The position numbers and the translations under genes are program-made. DNA of 64,000 nt from assembly GCA_050116575.1 (NCBI GenBank), contig JASFOJ010000006.1, positions 175 to 64,174 of the forward strand. Reading direction: 5' to 3'. Below the pieces are notes generated by a model that saw nothing but the letters and a program-made list of their open reading frames with translations, was not told the origin of the DNA and ran no database searches. This document shows, in pieces, positions 29,357-38,671 of this stretch. The number at the start of each line of letters is the position of its first letter. Position 1 is the stretch's first letter. Origin of the DNA: Gammaproteobacteria bacterium. Its GTDB lineage: Bacteria > Pseudomonadota > Gammaproteobacteria > SZUA-152.

Positions 29357-30499
29357 ATGGCAAACATCATCATTCTCGGTGCGGGACGTATCGGCAGAAC
29401 CATCGCTATGGATCTGGCTGAGCAACATAATATTCAGGCACTGGATATTGATGCCCACAAACTCGATGCTTTACAGGAATCCAACAATGCCATTGATGTC
29501 CGGCAGGTCGATTTATTAAGCGCACGCAGTATTGGCAAGGCCATAGAACCAGCGGACCTGGTCATTAGCGCTGTGCCCGGTGACATGGGTTATCACACGC
29601 TGGAGGCTATTATCCAAAACGGTAAAAACGTGGTGGACATTTCCTTTTTCCCGGAAGAGGTGCTGCAGCTAAATGAGTTGGCAAAACAGCATGACGTAAC
29701 AGCCATCGTTGACATGGGTATCGCACCCGGTATGAGCAACCTGATTCTCGGTTATCACGACATCGCGATGAATATTGACTCATTTTTCTGCGCCGTTGGC
29801 GGCCTACCGAAAAATCCCGTACCACCTTTCAACTATAAAGCACCGTTTTCCCCCGTCGATGTTATTGAAGAGTATACCCGTGCCGCACGTCTGATAGTTG
29901 CCGGCAAGCCGTTGACCAAACCGCCACTGAGTGATATTGAACCCATCGAGCTGCCAAAGGCCGGTAGCCTGGAAGCCTTTAATACCGATGGCCTGCGAAC
30001 GTTGTTGACCACAATGCGTCATATACCCAACATGGTGGAAAAAACCCTGCGTTATCCCGGTCACGCGCAACTCATAAAAGCCCTGGCACAAGCCGGTTTT
30101 TTTAACAAGGAACCGCTCACCGAGATAAGTAGTTTTGTGCGGCCACTGGATGTGACAGTTAATTTGTTAAACAAACAATGGTACCTTGAGCCCAAGGAAG
30201 AGGAATTCACCGTCATGCGCATTACCATCTGCGGAAAGGAAAACGGAACGGCGGTCTGCTACCAATACGATTTATATGATGAATATGACAGCAATACCGA
30301 TACCACATCCATGGCACGCTGCACCGGCTATGCCTGCAATGCCGCCGCCAGTTTGATCCTGGAACAAGGCTATAAGCACGAAGGCATCAATCCGCCGGAG
30401 TTAATCGGCAAAATTCCCGCGCATTTTGATTTCATTATGAACTACCTGAACAACAGGGGCGTTGTTTTTACACACTCGCTACAACATCCGGAGTCCTAA
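29357..30499 (+). CDS. Saccharopine dehydrogenase family NAD(P)-binding protein
   Basis: Rossmann motif IIILGAGRIGRTIA at the N-terminus. Overall length and composition fit the family. Confidence 0.7.
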   Translation: MANIIILGAGRIGRTIAMDLAEQHNIQALDIDAHKLDALQESNNAIDVRQVDLLSARSIGKAIEPADLVISAVPGDMGYHTLEAIIQNGKNVVDISFFPEEVLQLNELAKQHDVTAIVDMGIAPGMSNLILGYHDIAMNIDSFFCAVGGLPKNPVPPFNYKAPFSPVDVIEEYTRAARLIVAGKPLTKPPLSDIEPIELPKAGSLEAFNTDGLRTLLTTMRHIPNMVEKTLRYPGHAQLIKALAQAGFFNKEPLTEISSFVRPLDVTVNLLNKQWYLEPKEEEFTVMRITICGKENGTAVCYQYDLYDEYDSNTDTTSMARCTGYACNAAASLILEQGYKHEGINPPELIGKIPAHFDFIMNYLNNRGVVFTHSLQHPES

Positions 30500-30733
30500 C
30501 TGTCATGTAATACCGTTTTCTGAGTTCACACCCCGCCCCATGTCCACCTGTCTTGGCCGCCACTGCCATAAAAAACAACTTGACTGGGTTGTTCATTTTT
30601 TAGCCATCTCTATAACACCCGCGATGATTTCTATTTGACCTGCGCGAAAAGCACAATTACATTTAATCTTTTAATGGGTTCAATCGTTTAGTTTAATAAC
30701 ACACCTAACACATCACCCACCGGGAGGTCACAG

Positions 30734-31114
30734 ATGCAACCAAAATCGATCTTTATTGCCCTTATTTGCTGCCTGGCGCTGGCAACAGCTCAATCCGCCT
30801 TCGCCGCCAGTGATGCCATTAAAACCATGGCCGGCATAATGCTGCACTTGCACCACTACCCGTCGGATGCAGAAAAACAACAATTGAAAGAGCTGGCCAA
30901 TAACAGCAGTACCACGGATGCGGAGAAAACCATTGCCACGGCCATCATGAACCTGAAACACAAAGCCACAGCGGCGGATAAAGAGAAACTCAGTAAAGTG
31001 ATAAATGACGATTCCACTCCCGGACCGGCGCGGGCTCTCGCCAAAATCGTCCGCGACATTGCCCATATGGCCAGCGACGCTGACAAAAAGAAACTGGAAG
31101 AAATGATGAAGTAA
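30734..31114 (+). CDS. Small secreted repeat protein
   Basis: Signal peptide ALATAQSAFA. At least four DAEK/DADK-x-x-L-K/E repeats. RBS GGGAGG. Confidence 0.5.
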   Translation: MQPKSIFIALICCLALATAQSAFAASDAIKTMAGIMLHLHHYPSDAEKQQLKELANNSSTTDAEKTIATAIMNLKHKATAADKEKLSKVINDDSTPGPARALAKIVRDIAHMASDADKKKLEEMMK

Positions 31115-31137
31115 GCGGCCCACCATAAATTCTGCAC

Positions 31138-31172
31138 GCAACAACGGGGATGAAGGCTCATCCCCGTTGCTA
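31138..31172. terminator. Hairpin between convergent genes (possible bidirectional terminator)
   Basis: Stem caacgggga / tccccgttg with a 10-nt loop. There is no strong T-run, so efficiency is uncertain. Confidence 0.4.
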
Positions 31173-31222
31173 ACGCCTGGTACCGTCCCTGGTCCCGTGA
31201 TTGAGCGTTTAAGGCGAACTAT

Positions 31223-31483
31223 CTAGCGCGTCAACAATTCCAGTTCTGACAATAGTTGCACCGCCTCATCATAGTCGCGGCCGCAGCTATCGGCACTGGC
31301 CTGGAAATGAACGCATACTTGCGGACGTTCGACATGATGAAACAACCGGCAATGATTGTTGTCATCAAGCTGGACGCAACGCTGACCCGCCGGTTTGCCC
31401 GACGACATACCCGGAATAAAGGATGATATCGAGGGAATGATACAACATGCCCCACAGCCGACCCGGCATTTCATACGTAACAT
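31223..31483 (-). CDS. YkgJ-family (UPF0153) cysteine-cluster protein
   Basis: CRVGCGACC...C pattern typical of the putative Zn/Fe-chelating YkgJ domain. Confidence 0.6.
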   Translation of the reverse strand: MLRMKCRVGCGACCIIPSISSFIPGMSSGKPAGQRCVQLDDNNHCRLFHHVERPQVCVHFQASADSCGRDYDEAVQLLSELELLTR

Positions 31484-31546
31484 CCGTAAGACATCATTAG
31501 CATACAGTTCACCAGGTCTGGCAACGATTTGCTATCCAATTAACAC

Positions 31547-32056
31547 TCAGATTGATCGTTTGCGTTGTTGTTGTAACGCTTTTTCTTTTTGGGCCGATTT
31601 GTCAATCAGGACTTTATAAACATAACCGGCACCGGAACGCAGATCCATAATGGATTCGCCATCATCCCACTTCACATGCAACACGGGGATACCCATAACG
31701 TTTTCCTGGTAGTTCGACTGGGCATTGCCGTATTGTTCCTGCGCCTTGTCAATCAGTTTTAGATAAAAGTCCTGTGTCGAAACCTTGCGGTCATAGACAA
31801 TATAGATTTTATAAAGCTTGCCCTTGAAGAAATAATATTCAATCTTCTTGTTGTCATCGGCCCGGCGCACGTAAACCTCCGGATCGGTTTCCATATGATC
31901 CGCGTAGTTGTATTGGCTGCCTTTTCCCGCCTTATGGACCTCCTGCAGGTTCTTGACTTGCGCTACACTCATCCCCCAGGTGATGTCCTGATCACCGGCA
32001 GGTAACGAGACCGAGGCCACCTGCATGGCCGCGCCCAATAACATACTTATCATCAT
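31547..32056 (-). CDS. Hypothetical secreted protein
   Basis: The MMISMLLGAAMQVASVSL start was chosen by aa offset from the ORF track. It is preceded by a GAGGA RBS. Confidence 0.5.
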   Translation of the reverse strand: MMISMLLGAAMQVASVSLPAGDQDITWGMSVAQVKNLQEVHKAGKGSQYNYADHMETDPEVYVRRADDNKKIEYYFFKGKLYKIYIVYDRKVSTQDFYLKLIDKAQEQYGNAQSNYQENVMGIPVLHVKWDDGESIMDLRSGAGYVYKVLIDKSAQKEKALQQQRKRSI

Positions 32057-32397
32057 ATTGTCGTCCTCACATCCATCCACTCCCATTGGTTGGCATTGTA
32101 AGTGAAGCCAGTTGGTGCGAACAATACGCAAACCAGGATTCTACCAGCCAATGGAGCACACATCGGGTTCGACAGGTAGCTGCCTCAGAAACGCGGATTC
32201 AAGGGTCTATGGCCCACCCAACACACCATTGCGGACACGAAACCTGTGTCAGGTTTCGCCATATACGCGACATTTACACGCACATAAAGTAAGGTTTTTT
32301 AAGGAAATTTGACCTTCTCTTAGGACTTCGCTAATCTCAGTGGCGCAACAATACACACAACGTTTATCAAGAAAACTAACATTTTGGAGGGGGTCTG

Positions 32398-32478
32398 ATG
32401 GATCTTCATATTATTTTATTTATTAGCTTGTTTGCGCTGGCCATGATTGGTGCCTTCAACGACAGCAAAAAAGTATAA
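32398..32478 (+). CDS. Candidate 26-aa hydrophobic mini-protein (MDLHIILFISLFALAMIGAFNDSKKV)
   Basis: RBS GGAGGGGG 5 bp upstream of the ATG. A single predicted TM helix with a basic C-terminus. It is followed directly by a strong intrinsic terminator. It was not in the ORF track because it is below the size cut-off. Confidence 0.35.
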   Translation: MDLHIILFISLFALAMIGAFNDSKKV

Positions 32479-32499
32479 GACGTAACCATCAGAAGTGAA

Positions 32500-32529
32500 A
32501 AAAGCCAACCCTGCGGTTGGCTTTTTTTA
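32500..32529. terminator. Rho-independent terminator (bidirectional)
   Basis: Stem gccaacc / ggttggc with a ctgc loop, A-run upstream and T7 downstream. Confidence 0.7.
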
Positions 32530-32565
32530 TGCTGTTAATACGTAAGCTCCATCCCTCAATTTAAC

Positions 32566-32595
32566 GGTAATGCTAACTAAGGTAATGCTAACTAA
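32566..32595. repeat. Perfect tandem duplication of a 15-mer (ggtaatgctaactaa x2)
   Basis: Read directly from the sequence. It lies just downstream of the stop of the minus-strand lipoprotein gene. Confidence 0.7.
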
Positions 32596-32605
32596 ATAGT
32601 CCACC

Positions 32606-33328
32606 CTAAATCATGCGCCCTTCGGGCGGGGTCTCCGCCTCTGAACCGCCAGAGTCCGGCTGTGACGGCGGACTAGGCTGCTTTTCGGGGGCCGGCTTAT
32701 TCAGCTCCTTCAAGGCATCGTCCAGCGATTCGGTAAGATCCTGTAAATCACGCTGAATTTTCGGACCATATTTTTCGATGGCATCCTGCACGTCTTTCTG
32801 CACGGATTTACCCATTTCTTCCAGGTGCTTTTTCATTTCCGGCGTCGCTTGTTTCAAGTCCTTGAGTGACTCCTCAACCTTGCCCGAAAACCGTTGGCCC
32901 AACTCGTTCAAATCGTCCACGAGCTTATCCAAGCCTTTCTTTTCACTGGCTTTTAGCAGTGACTGGCGGGTTTGCGGGTAGTTCACCCGCCATTGCTCGC
33001 GCTCGCGTTGCAAGGTCGTGGTAAAACGGGTAGATGATGACGACGGCGGCTTGTCCAGTTGCAGAGTGGTTTCAACGGTTGCCGTATCGCTTTTAATACT
33101 CACCTGCCCGAACGAAACCGTGGCTTGCTTGTAATCACCAATGTGTTCGTTTAATTGTGGCTCAGATTCGGGGGTAGCGTAATCGGCAGCCTTGTTTACG
33201 TCACCGTTTAACATGGCCGCCCAGAAATGCTGTGCCGTTTGTGAGGGTGTTAAAGGCGTCGTACCACACCCCGGTAACACCATGGTGATCAGCGGCAGTA
33301 CCAGCACACTTATCATTATTTGTCGCAT
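32606..33328 (-). CDS. Hypothetical lipoprotein
   Basis: Lipobox LPGCGTT. Charged, K/E-rich C-terminal half with a P/S-rich tail. Confidence 0.5.
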   Translation of the reverse strand: MRQIMISVLVLPLITMVLPGCGTTPLTPSQTAQHFWAAMLNGDVNKAADYATPESEPQLNEHIGDYKQATVSFGQVSIKSDTATVETTLQLDKPPSSSSTRFTTTLQREREQWRVNYPQTRQSLLKASEKKGLDKLVDDLNELGQRFSGKVEESLKDLKQATPEMKKHLEEMGKSVQKDVQDAIEKYGPKIQRDLQDLTESLDDALKELNKPAPEKQPSPPSQPDSGGSEAETPPEGRMI

Positions 33329-33583
33329 TGCTATAATTTTCCTTTACTTTTGTCTGTAACTTATTATTCTGACCTGCCGATCCCATCAATAATTCCTTGC
33401 ATAACCCGCTGACCTGCTTATATTATTTTAAATTGAGCCGCCATCCGACCGGCAGCTCAGGGGCGATAATGCGCAACACAAATAATACCAGCAAAATCCC
33501 TTTTTATTCGTGAATAAATTAAGCAAAATGGCATAAAAGCCGATATTGCCAATAATCGGCAAGCCGTTGTTTTTATTACGTAA

Positions 33584-34009
33584 GTGCCAGGCGTATGGGG
33601 CACAAAGGACATTTTTCCAGTGAGTGAACGTGCTTTTCGTTTAATCATGGGCATAGTGCTGTTGGTGCTCATCTATGTCGACTATATGCCCTTGTTCTAC
33701 ATCTACATCTTTGTCCTGTTTTTCGAGGGAATCACCAATTGGCGCGTCCCGATTCTGGTAAATCGCATCCGCTTTGGCCAGGATTACCCGGCGAACCAGC
33801 CAGAACCGGCGGTAATCGATTCCCGCTTCGCGTTCGAAGCCGAACGTGCCATGCGCCTGCTATTCGCCGTAGTCATGGTGTTTTCCATTTTTGTATTGCC
33901 TCGCGACTTGTGGTTTCTTAACTGGGTCATTGGCGCATTTTTAGCCCTGGCCGGGTTGGTAAATTTTTGTCCTGTCGTCGTCACTTTCAAAGCTCTGGGA
34001 TTCAGGTGA
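33584..34009 (+). CDS. Small integral membrane protein, translationally coupled to the downstream histidine kinase
   Basis: Four predicted TM helices. Its TGA stop overlaps the GTG start of the kinase (GTGA). Confidence 0.45.
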   Translation: MPGVWGTKDIFPVSERAFRLIMGIVLLVLIYVDYMPLFYIYIFVLFFEGITNWRVPILVNRIRFGQDYPANQPEPAVIDSRFAFEAERAMRLLFAVVMVFSIFVLPRDLWFLNWVIGAFLALAGLVNFCPVVVTFKALGFR

Positions 34010-35475
34010 ATAATAATCGCAACGTGTTGTCCGACGACTGGAAACGCAACTGGCAACAAAGCATTGCTGTCAGAATCTGCGCTCTCGCCCTGTGGGCAAT
34101 CCTGCCTATCTCGCTACTAGTGACTTTTTATTATATTCACGATCTCGAAAGCGATCTGGAAACGGAGTATATCAATAAAGCCGATACGCTCGCTCATCGC
34201 CTGCAGTCGCAATACCCGGATGCACTCATATCCTCAACGGGCAACCGCAATGGGAAAATTAACGCCCTCATTCACGAACTGGGATTTTCCTTCGTTCGGG
34301 TTTTATCCGGTCAAAATGAACTGTATTTTGGAAAAGAAGACGCCGATACCCAGTTTGTCGTCAGGAATATCATCATACAATCACCCACCGACAATCAGTA
34401 TTACAAAATAAAACTGGTCGCCTACTTTCCGGTTCTCGGCAAACTGGTAAGCCAACACCGCAATCGGATTTTGTTTCCGGTTATTGTGGGACTGTTATTG
34501 TTTGGCCTGTTTTTAATTTGGGCGATTCGCACAACGGTGCACAAACCTTTTGAAGACCTGGTAAGCAATACCCAAAAAGTGTCACTGGGACAACACGATC
34601 TTCGCTTTGACACTTCCCGTCAGGATGAATTTGGCTATATAGCCCGGTTCTTTAACGACATGCTGGACAAGTTGTTGGAACAGCAGGAACAGCTTAAAGT
34701 TGCCGTCGATGAGGCCAAGCGAGCCAACAAAGCCAAATCGGCTTTTCTGGCAAACATGTCTCATGAACTGCGAACACCATTAAACGCAATTATTGGTTAT
34801 TCGGACCTGCTTGTTGAACAGGCAACGGATTTGAACCAGCTCGAATCCATTCCCGATTTGCGCAAGATCAGTATGGCAGGAAAATATCTGCTGGATTTGA
34901 TTAATAATATTCTCGACATCACAAAAATCGAAGCCGGGAAAACCGAAGTCTATTATGAAAATATTGATATTCACACCATGATTGATGAAATAACATCGAC
35001 CATGTTGCCCCTGACCGAGAAAAACAACAACGAACTGGTGGTTTCCATGGATCCGGAAATCGGCGAGTTTAAAGCCGACTATACCAAGTTGCGGCAAAGT
35101 ATATTCAATTTATTATCCAACGCCTGTAAATTCACCCTGAACGGAACCATTCGATTACGCGCTTTTCGTGTTATCCGCAACAATAAGGAAAAATTATTGT
35201 TTGAAATCGCCGATAATGGCACGGGCATGTCGGACGAAACGTTACGCAATCTGTTTGTACCTTTTTCCAGGGGCGATCAAGCAGGCACCCAAAAAATCGC
35301 CGGCACCGGTCTAGGACTTGCTATCAGCCGCAACTTCTGTAATTTAATGGGCGGCGAAATTTCCGCGCAAAGTACGCTTGGAGCTGGCACCGTATTTACC
35401 ATTCATATTCCCTACATTAAATCTGACCTGCAAATCAGCCAACCGGCAATCGCACCTGCCTCTATGCACGGTTAA
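34006..35475 (+). CDS. Sensor histidine kinase (canonical HisKA/HATPase_c), paralogue of the 24573 gene
   Basis: Two TM helices. H-box MSHELRTPLNAIIGYSDLL. N-box LLSNACKFT. G1 DNGTGM. G2 GTGLGLAISRNFCNLMGGEI. Confidence 0.9.
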   Translation: MNNNRNVLSDDWKRNWQQSIAVRICALALWAILPISLLVTFYYIHDLESDLETEYINKADTLAHRLQSQYPDALISSTGNRNGKINALIHELGFSFVRVLSGQNELYFGKEDADTQFVVRNIIIQSPTDNQYYKIKLVAYFPVLGKLVSQHRNRILFPVIVGLLLFGLFLIWAIRTTVHKPFEDLVSNTQKVSLGQHDLRFDTSRQDEFGYIARFFNDMLDKLLEQQEQLKVAVDEAKRANKAKSAFLANMSHELRTPLNAIIGYSDLLVEQATDLNQLESIPDLRKISMAGKYLLDLINNILDITKIEAGKTEVYYENIDIHTMIDEITSTMLPLTEKNNNELVVSMDPEIGEFKADYTKLRQSIFNLLSNACKFTLNGTIRLRAFRVIRNNKEKLLFEIADNGTGMSDETLRNLFVPFSRGDQAGTQKIAGTGLGLAISRNFCNLMGGEISAQSTLGAGTVFTIHIPYIKSDLQISQPAIAPASMHG

Positions 35476-35960
35476 TTGGCGTTTCGCGCACAGCTATATT
35501 GCATCTGCAAACATTGTCTATAGAGACGTCATGTTGATGTCACGCCATGTTATACCATTTTCGCAATAACAACTCTTACAGTATCAAATATTTTGATAAC
35601 TATCGTTAAACGCTTTACCGGTTTGTAGCTCGATCATATGAAAGTCAACCATTGCGTTTCGCGCCATGGCCATTCCTTTAAATCAATTGTGAAATTAACA
35701 AGTTTTCGTGTCACCATTTATAAACTAACAACCTCTCAATTGATTTGTTTTTGTACTAATTTGTTTGTTTGACAATCAATTTCATTCCGTTATCGTTGAA
35801 TACCCCGATATTCATTAAATATTCGCATCACCTCATTAACTAAGGTATTACACTTATCCGCACTAACTACGTTACACTGCGTGACTTTTACGGCCGTAAC
35901 ATTAATCATTTCTTAATGTTACTACGTTACCTTTTACACAAGTCTTCGGGGGAGATTTAT

Positions 35961-37127
35961 ATGATCAACAAAAGAACACTGATCCAGTTCCTGCTTCTCA
36001 CAGCAATTTTATTACTGAGTCAGTTTGCAGCATGGGCGGACAGTGAACACCATCACGACGGCAACATACTTGCAGCCGACAAAGTCCGAGGTGATTTTTC
36101 CATTATGGTGCTGGGTTCCGGCGGCCCCATCGCCACACAACAAGCACGCGCCAGCGCCGGTTACCTCATTTTTATTGACGGCAAACCGCGAATCCTGATG
36201 GATGCCGGCGGCGGTACCTTTCAACGTCTGGCCGCCAGTGGCGTGGACGTTGACATAAAGGATCTGGATATTATTTTATTGTCGCACTTGCATATCGACC
36301 ATATGGGAGACCTCTCGCCCATTATTAAAAACATCTACTTCCAGAACCGCGTTTATAACCTCGCACATCCGGGCACTTTCCCACCGGGACGCACCGCCCC
36401 GTTTAAAATATATGGACCGAAAACCAACGGTATTCCTTTCCCGAAGGCTGTCCTGAAAAAAGCCAAACCCAACGTACCACAATATCCCAGTGTGACGGAT
36501 TTTGCCGACAGTCACTATGATCTGGACACCGGCAGTGACCGCTACCTCCACATTTTTACGCGTGCCATCAGCGCGGGCATCTTCGGTTACGAGGCGAACG
36601 ATATTACGGCGGACTGGACCAGCGATGCCACTACCGAAATAACGGCCACCGATACTGGTATTGACGGACTGGTCATAAAAGCCATTGGTGTCAATCACGG
36701 TCCGGTTCCGGCATTGGCCTATCGCATCGAATACAAGGGTAAATCCATTGTCTTTTCGGGCGACACCAGTTCCAGAAGTACATTACCACCACCGGACAGT
36801 ACACCACTGGCCAACGGCGGCAACATGGTGCAAATCTCATCCAATGCGGACCTGCTCATTTATGATACTGCGATCATGGATGATGCTCCGGATGGACCTA
36901 ACGATGCGGTTTTCTTTGCGCTGCATACCACGCCCAGCCGAATGGGTGAAGTTGCGGCCGCGGCCAACGCGAAGAATTTGTTGCTTTCTCATTTGACGAA
37001 AGTCACCCAGGACCGCATCCCTGAAATTAAAACCTTAATCCGTAACCAGGGTTATCGCGGAGATATCGACGCCGCTGAAGACCTGCAGGTCATTAACCTT
37101 CTGGATAAGCACCATGATCATCATTAA
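35961..37127 (+). CDS. Secreted MBL-fold metallo-hydrolase
   Basis: RBS GGGGAG. Signal peptide. HLHIDHMGD (HxHxDH) motif. Confidence 0.8.
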   Translation: MINKRTLIQFLLLTAILLLSQFAAWADSEHHHDGNILAADKVRGDFSIMVLGSGGPIATQQARASAGYLIFIDGKPRILMDAGGGTFQRLAASGVDVDIKDLDIILLSHLHIDHMGDLSPIIKNIYFQNRVYNLAHPGTFPPGRTAPFKIYGPKTNGIPFPKAVLKKAKPNVPQYPSVTDFADSHYDLDTGSDRYLHIFTRAISAGIFGYEANDITADWTSDATTEITATDTGIDGLVIKAIGVNHGPVPALAYRIEYKGKSIVFSGDTSSRSTLPPPDSTPLANGGNMVQISSNADLLIYDTAIMDDAPDGPNDAVFFALHTTPSRMGEVAAAANAKNLLLSHLTKVTQDRIPEIKTLIRNQGYRGDIDAAEDLQVINLLDKHHDHH

Positions 37128-37189
37128 GCGTTAGAACAGCATTTGTACCCGTAGTGCAATTTCCTCTCTACTTGCACTACACTTTGTAA

Positions 37190-37237
37190 AGCGAGGCAAT
37201 CTCCTTCCCTTTTTACGATTGCTTCGCTTTTTTTATG
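37190..37237. terminator. Rho-independent terminator
   Basis: Stem gcgaggcaatc / gattgcttcgc followed by a T7 run. Confidence 0.6.
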
Positions 37238-37541
37238 CCTGAGATTTCGCACCAAACCCTTAAACGCAAGGGCGCCAAGACGCAAAGAACGCAAGACTTT
37301 TATGGCTTACCCCACAACTCTGGATGAAACCAAGTCGACACCTTATTTGTCTGTAAAATCCATTTGCGCGACTGTGCATATCAGTGCTGGTTACGGGTAA
37401 CGCCAGGCGCTGATCAATAATATATGAATCTTACAGACAGAGTGTTATTGTTGTTTCTCTGCGCCGTTGCGTCTTTGCGTTGAGATTGTTAACTGTTTAG
37501 TCTTTCCTGGGCAGCGATAAGAAAGACGAATTTGAGGCTTA

Positions 37542-38288
37542 TCAAACCCGGCGTATGTTGTAACGCAACCGGCTCGATTTGAGGTTGGGATTGAGTTGGG
37601 GGATATCAGTCAGGTTTTGACGTAATGTTCTCTGGTTGGATTCTTTTTTCAAAAACGCGCCAATGGCGTTTTCATAGTTTGGAGCGGTAAACTGAAAACA
37701 GGCTTTAAATTGTTTATGGATCTTGTCATCGGTAAAGTAGGCGCAGGCTCTCAGCTGCCGACTGGATACAAAATTGGTAATAAGTAGGCCGTCACGTTTC
37801 AACAATTTATTCAGCTTGCGGAACCATTTTGCGTCCGCCTCCACCGCCCTCACCGGCTCGCCATCCTGCTCGCCAAACAGGTCATCAACGATGAGATCAT
37901 ATTTTTCGCCGTCGTACTCCTTGATCCATTGCACGGCATCGGCATAGTGCAAGTCGACATTTTTCTGTTTGACATAAAAAAACCGCCGGGCAACATATAA
38001 ATGATAGGGGTTCAACTCCACACCGGTTATGTGTTCAGGCTGGAGAAAATGCTGGAACTGCTGCATCACAGCACCGCCCCCAACACCCAGCACCAAAATC
38101 CGTTTGATCTTGCCCCGTGGGTAGAAAAACGCCGGGATCATCAGCAGATCCCAAATACTGCCGGAGACGGGATTGTCCGGATTGAACTGGCTGTGAAACA
38201 CCCCATTGGTGTACAGACGCCGCGTGCGCCCTGCCATGCGTACTTCATAGCGGGTCCCGCCAACCCGCCGTTGCCAGACTATAGACAT
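37542..38288 (-). CDS. Spermidine-synthase-like class I SAM-dependent transferase
   Basis: Motifs ILVLGVGGGAV...VELNP and DLIVDDLF, typical of the spermine/spermidine synthase fold. Confidence 0.6.
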   Translation of the reverse strand: MSIVWQRRVGGTRYEVRMAGRTRRLYTNGVFHSQFNPDNPVSGSIWDLLMIPAFFYPRGKIKRILVLGVGGGAVMQQFQHFLQPEHITGVELNPYHLYVARRFFYVKQKNVDLHYADAVQWIKEYDGEKYDLIVDDLFGEQDGEPVRAVEADAKWFRKLNKLLKRDGLLITNFVSSRQLRACAYFTDDKIHKQFKACFQFTAPNYENAIGAFLKKESNQRTLRQNLTDIPQLNPNLKSSRLRYNIRRV

Positions 38289-38671
38289 AAATGATTGAAA
38301 ACTCGTGATTACTTCCAGTTACTTAAAACTACCATTTTGTTTGAACGATAAACATGCAATTTTAAAACCAGCAAGACTAGCCGAAGGCTTCCCGTTTTGC
38401 AATCGGCGTATAGCCGGCGACACCGCTGCCGACAATTACTCTGGATCGATCAATTCGCGATATATATTGGCGTTGCCCGGTCTACGGCCACCTGCATTTT
38501 CCACCCGGACAGTGGACATACGCGCCGACCATGCGATTCGCTGCCATCATGCCAGCGTTATAGATGTATCTTCACCTTTTCCTTGATGTACGCCATACTA
38601 TAAACAGATATTTAGGATTATTATTAATAACCACATTAAGTGTTTAACCGCAATGATCCATAATAGACGTT

